Shown here in pieces: positions 62,185 through 64,000 of a stretch of 64,000 nt of DNA. The notes beneath the pieces were generated by a model that worked only from the letters and a program-made list of their open reading frames with translations, did not search any database and was not told where the DNA came from. The DNA is from Raillietiella orientalis (taxonomy: Eukaryota): contig JAYWIR010000025.1 in NCBI GenBank assembly GCA_036172245.1, positions 2,294,001-2,358,000 on the forward strand, read 5' to 3'. Every line of letters starts with the position of its first letter. Within the stretch, counting starts at the first letter, position 1. Both the position numbers and the translations under genes were made by a program.

Positions 62185-64000
62185 CTTGGCAGCTTTGGTT
62201 AACAAAGAAAATCCACTGATCATTGTTTCCATATCGATTTAGAAGCCATTGTACTGGCGCTAAAAAAGTGTGGATGAAATGTAAAACAGTAAAAAAAAAA
62301 AAAAAAAAAAAACCTCAGATTTCTTAAAGGCTGAAGGTTGGCAATTCCTTCGAGATCATTCTGTACGGTAGATCTGATTTGGCCCCAACGGTGGTCAGTT
62401 CATCAGGACCTTCATCAGGACGCTGCTTGGTCCCCAGAACAAGATTCTGCCGTCTTTTCCCCTTTCGTGCCTCCTTCACATGCACCTAACAGACACTGCC
62501 GATTTGTGTATCGAATGAGATTGCTTTCCATATTCCTCATTCCCATACACATGACTACGACTCTGGCAGAACCTGTGAATGAGAGGACCTTCAAACTTAT
62601 TTTAGAAATTCCAAAAAGGCTGACATTTTCCGATTCTTAAATAAACGCAAGAGCTACGATGAATACGAAAGCAAAATGGAGATGCTCTTTGAGAAAACGG
62701 GGATGGTGAAAGACAAAGGAAACGGTCGTCATCTTTGTTGCCAAGTGCCTGAGAAAAGATGAAAAGGAGCCAGTCAACTGGAACGCAAAATCGCTGAAAC
62801 ATAAACCGAAAAAAAGGAGTAATGACAAAGGTTTTACGAGGGAAAAAGCAAGCATAAAGAGAGTAGCGGCAGCGTATCAAATGCATTCTTGCTATGATTC
62901 ATATGTATGCTACAAGGATTCGTAAGTATGTATCTTCTTGATTGTACACATATGCGTAGGTACACGCAAGAGATATGGTATCATCTTGATCTTATGAAGA
63001 CCATCAATGCTGGAGAGGCATCTAAGTAACTGCACCAACTGGATGAACCTTCCGTTCATCATTCCGCGTGCGCGAAAATAAATGGCGCCGCAGGCGAATT
63101 TCCTCACGCAAACCATCTTGTTTTAGAGTATTTCTTATTATCATGCTTTCTTTATGAAAGACTGCACAGGTATGCTGGGGTAAGGCGATTCTTTCAGCCA
63201 TGAACTCAGAATATGGACGCCCTCCATGTTTCCGAGGGTCACCTGGTTTGTGCGGGGGTTTCCATCCACTCTTTTGTGAGCATGCATGCAGCACAATGGG
63301 GAGAACTTGCTTTGGGTCAATTTGTTTGGATACATCCTGTTCTCAATGTTACTCTGGATGCACGAGACATAAACTGCGTATTATATGCATTTCATAAAGA
63401 TAGCATGCCTTTTTATCTTAGGCATCTAACCAAGATTGAAGTCAGCAGACTTCAATCTTGGTGATAAATGACAGGTGATATGCATTGGGGTTCCGTGGTG
63501 GTGGTGTTCTCTCGCTTCATCGTCCTCCAAGGTATGAGCAGCCCAAGAGGCATATGAAAGGTAGACTGCAACCAGCAGAACGGGTTGTACGAATTCGTTC
63601 TCATTCACAGGTTTATTAAGAAGTTTATAAGCCCATCATCTTGGAAAGTACATCTTTTGTATATGAATCAGTAATAATTCTCTCTGAAATCCCACACGGA
63701 TGAGGTTGAGAACTCGTAACAATCTCTCACAACGTATCATTGAATGGGTGGGGTCGAGTCTTCACCTACTCTATACGTATGAGGAAATTCTTGAACAGAC
63801 TGAAGGCGTAGAAAACTATCAAAGGTTTCACTAAGAGGCGTCACTAAGATCTCTCCTACAGATCCATAGTATATCTGTTGAACACAGGAGGGAAAAAAGG
63901 CCATATTCAATCTGAGCTTCCTTAGTGGAACCACATTTAATCTGAAGAGCTCGGCCTTCGTTGGCCAGTGGGTTTTTTATCCAGAGATGTATTTTGTGAT
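62185..64000 (-). pseudogene. Dynein relic: AAA1-AAA2 segment
   Basis: IEYG..IYYGSVGEILVTPLSETFDSFL (cf. YGYEYLG...LVITPLTDRCY.TL), PYSEFMAERIAL (cf. PD...IAE..L), LYACFFPRKTFVITPFFRFM (cf. LRD.NLPK...D..LF..LI), Walker-A-like GNEEYGK at 62524-62544, QWLLNRYGNNDQWIFFVN (cf. KWI.FDG.VD..WIE.LN); GTATTG donor at 62184. Confidence 0.68.

Larger units (their letters stand above)
42889..64000 (-). pseudogene. Highly degenerate dynein heavy chain gene (motor domain AAA1 to C-terminus; 5' part outside window) hosting three nested genes
   Basis: Collinear motif remnants in dynein order: YYGSVGEILVTPLSE (AAA1), GNEEYGK and QWLLNRYGNNDQWIFFVN (AAA2), ILFDTIERVRLAF and FIYSRLFNRQVRKQF (AAA3), LKLCGKKTCLLVFSETKIL..NSLL (AAA4), WKEKK..FLHVLSFN and IVPQ (MTBD/stalk), FISNFTV (AAA5), FRIHSLLKHI, PSAFRISHVVNPCSF, VYILGAFVVG and SGVA (C-terminal domain). 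Stops and frameshifts lie between blocks. Alignment by eye only. Confidence 0.72.

Noticed and set aside
1..64000. CRISPR array, rRNA, complete tRNA, or prokaryotic origin
   Set aside because: No regularly spaced repeats or RNA-gene signatures; both halves contain metazoan genes with spliceosomal introns.

Overview
Eukaryotic (metazoan, most likely arthropod) genomic DNA with two sharply different domains. The first ~42 kb is GC/CpG-rich and gene-poor. It holds one clear gene, the minus-strand Nkx6/HGTX homeobox gene (3 coding exons, 290 aa, ~10.2 kb second intron), plus decayed retroelement fragments, simple repeats and a 272-bp inverted repeat near its right edge. The region ~42-64 kb is AT-rich and carries three intact genes with mostly 39-57 nt introns: Lis1 (+, 410 aa) and two convergent squid/hrp40 (hnRNP D/AB-type) paralogs (+264 aa, -364 aa). 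The main hidden signal is that the minus-strand 'intergenic' DNA between these genes translates into blocks resembling a dynein heavy chain motor domain in the correct order: AAA1, AAA2, AAA3, AAA4, stalk/MTBD, AAA5, AAA6, C-terminal domain. It runs from beyond base 64000 to a stop and poly(A) signals at ~42889. The relic is extremely divergent, has no AAA1 P-loop and carries stops and frameshifts. All three intact genes, including the dynein regulator Lis1, appear nested inside it. The dynein call rests on by-eye motif matching and needs HMM confirmation. No CRISPR, rRNA or complete tRNA was found. Most supplied ORFs in the GC-rich half are shadow ORFs.
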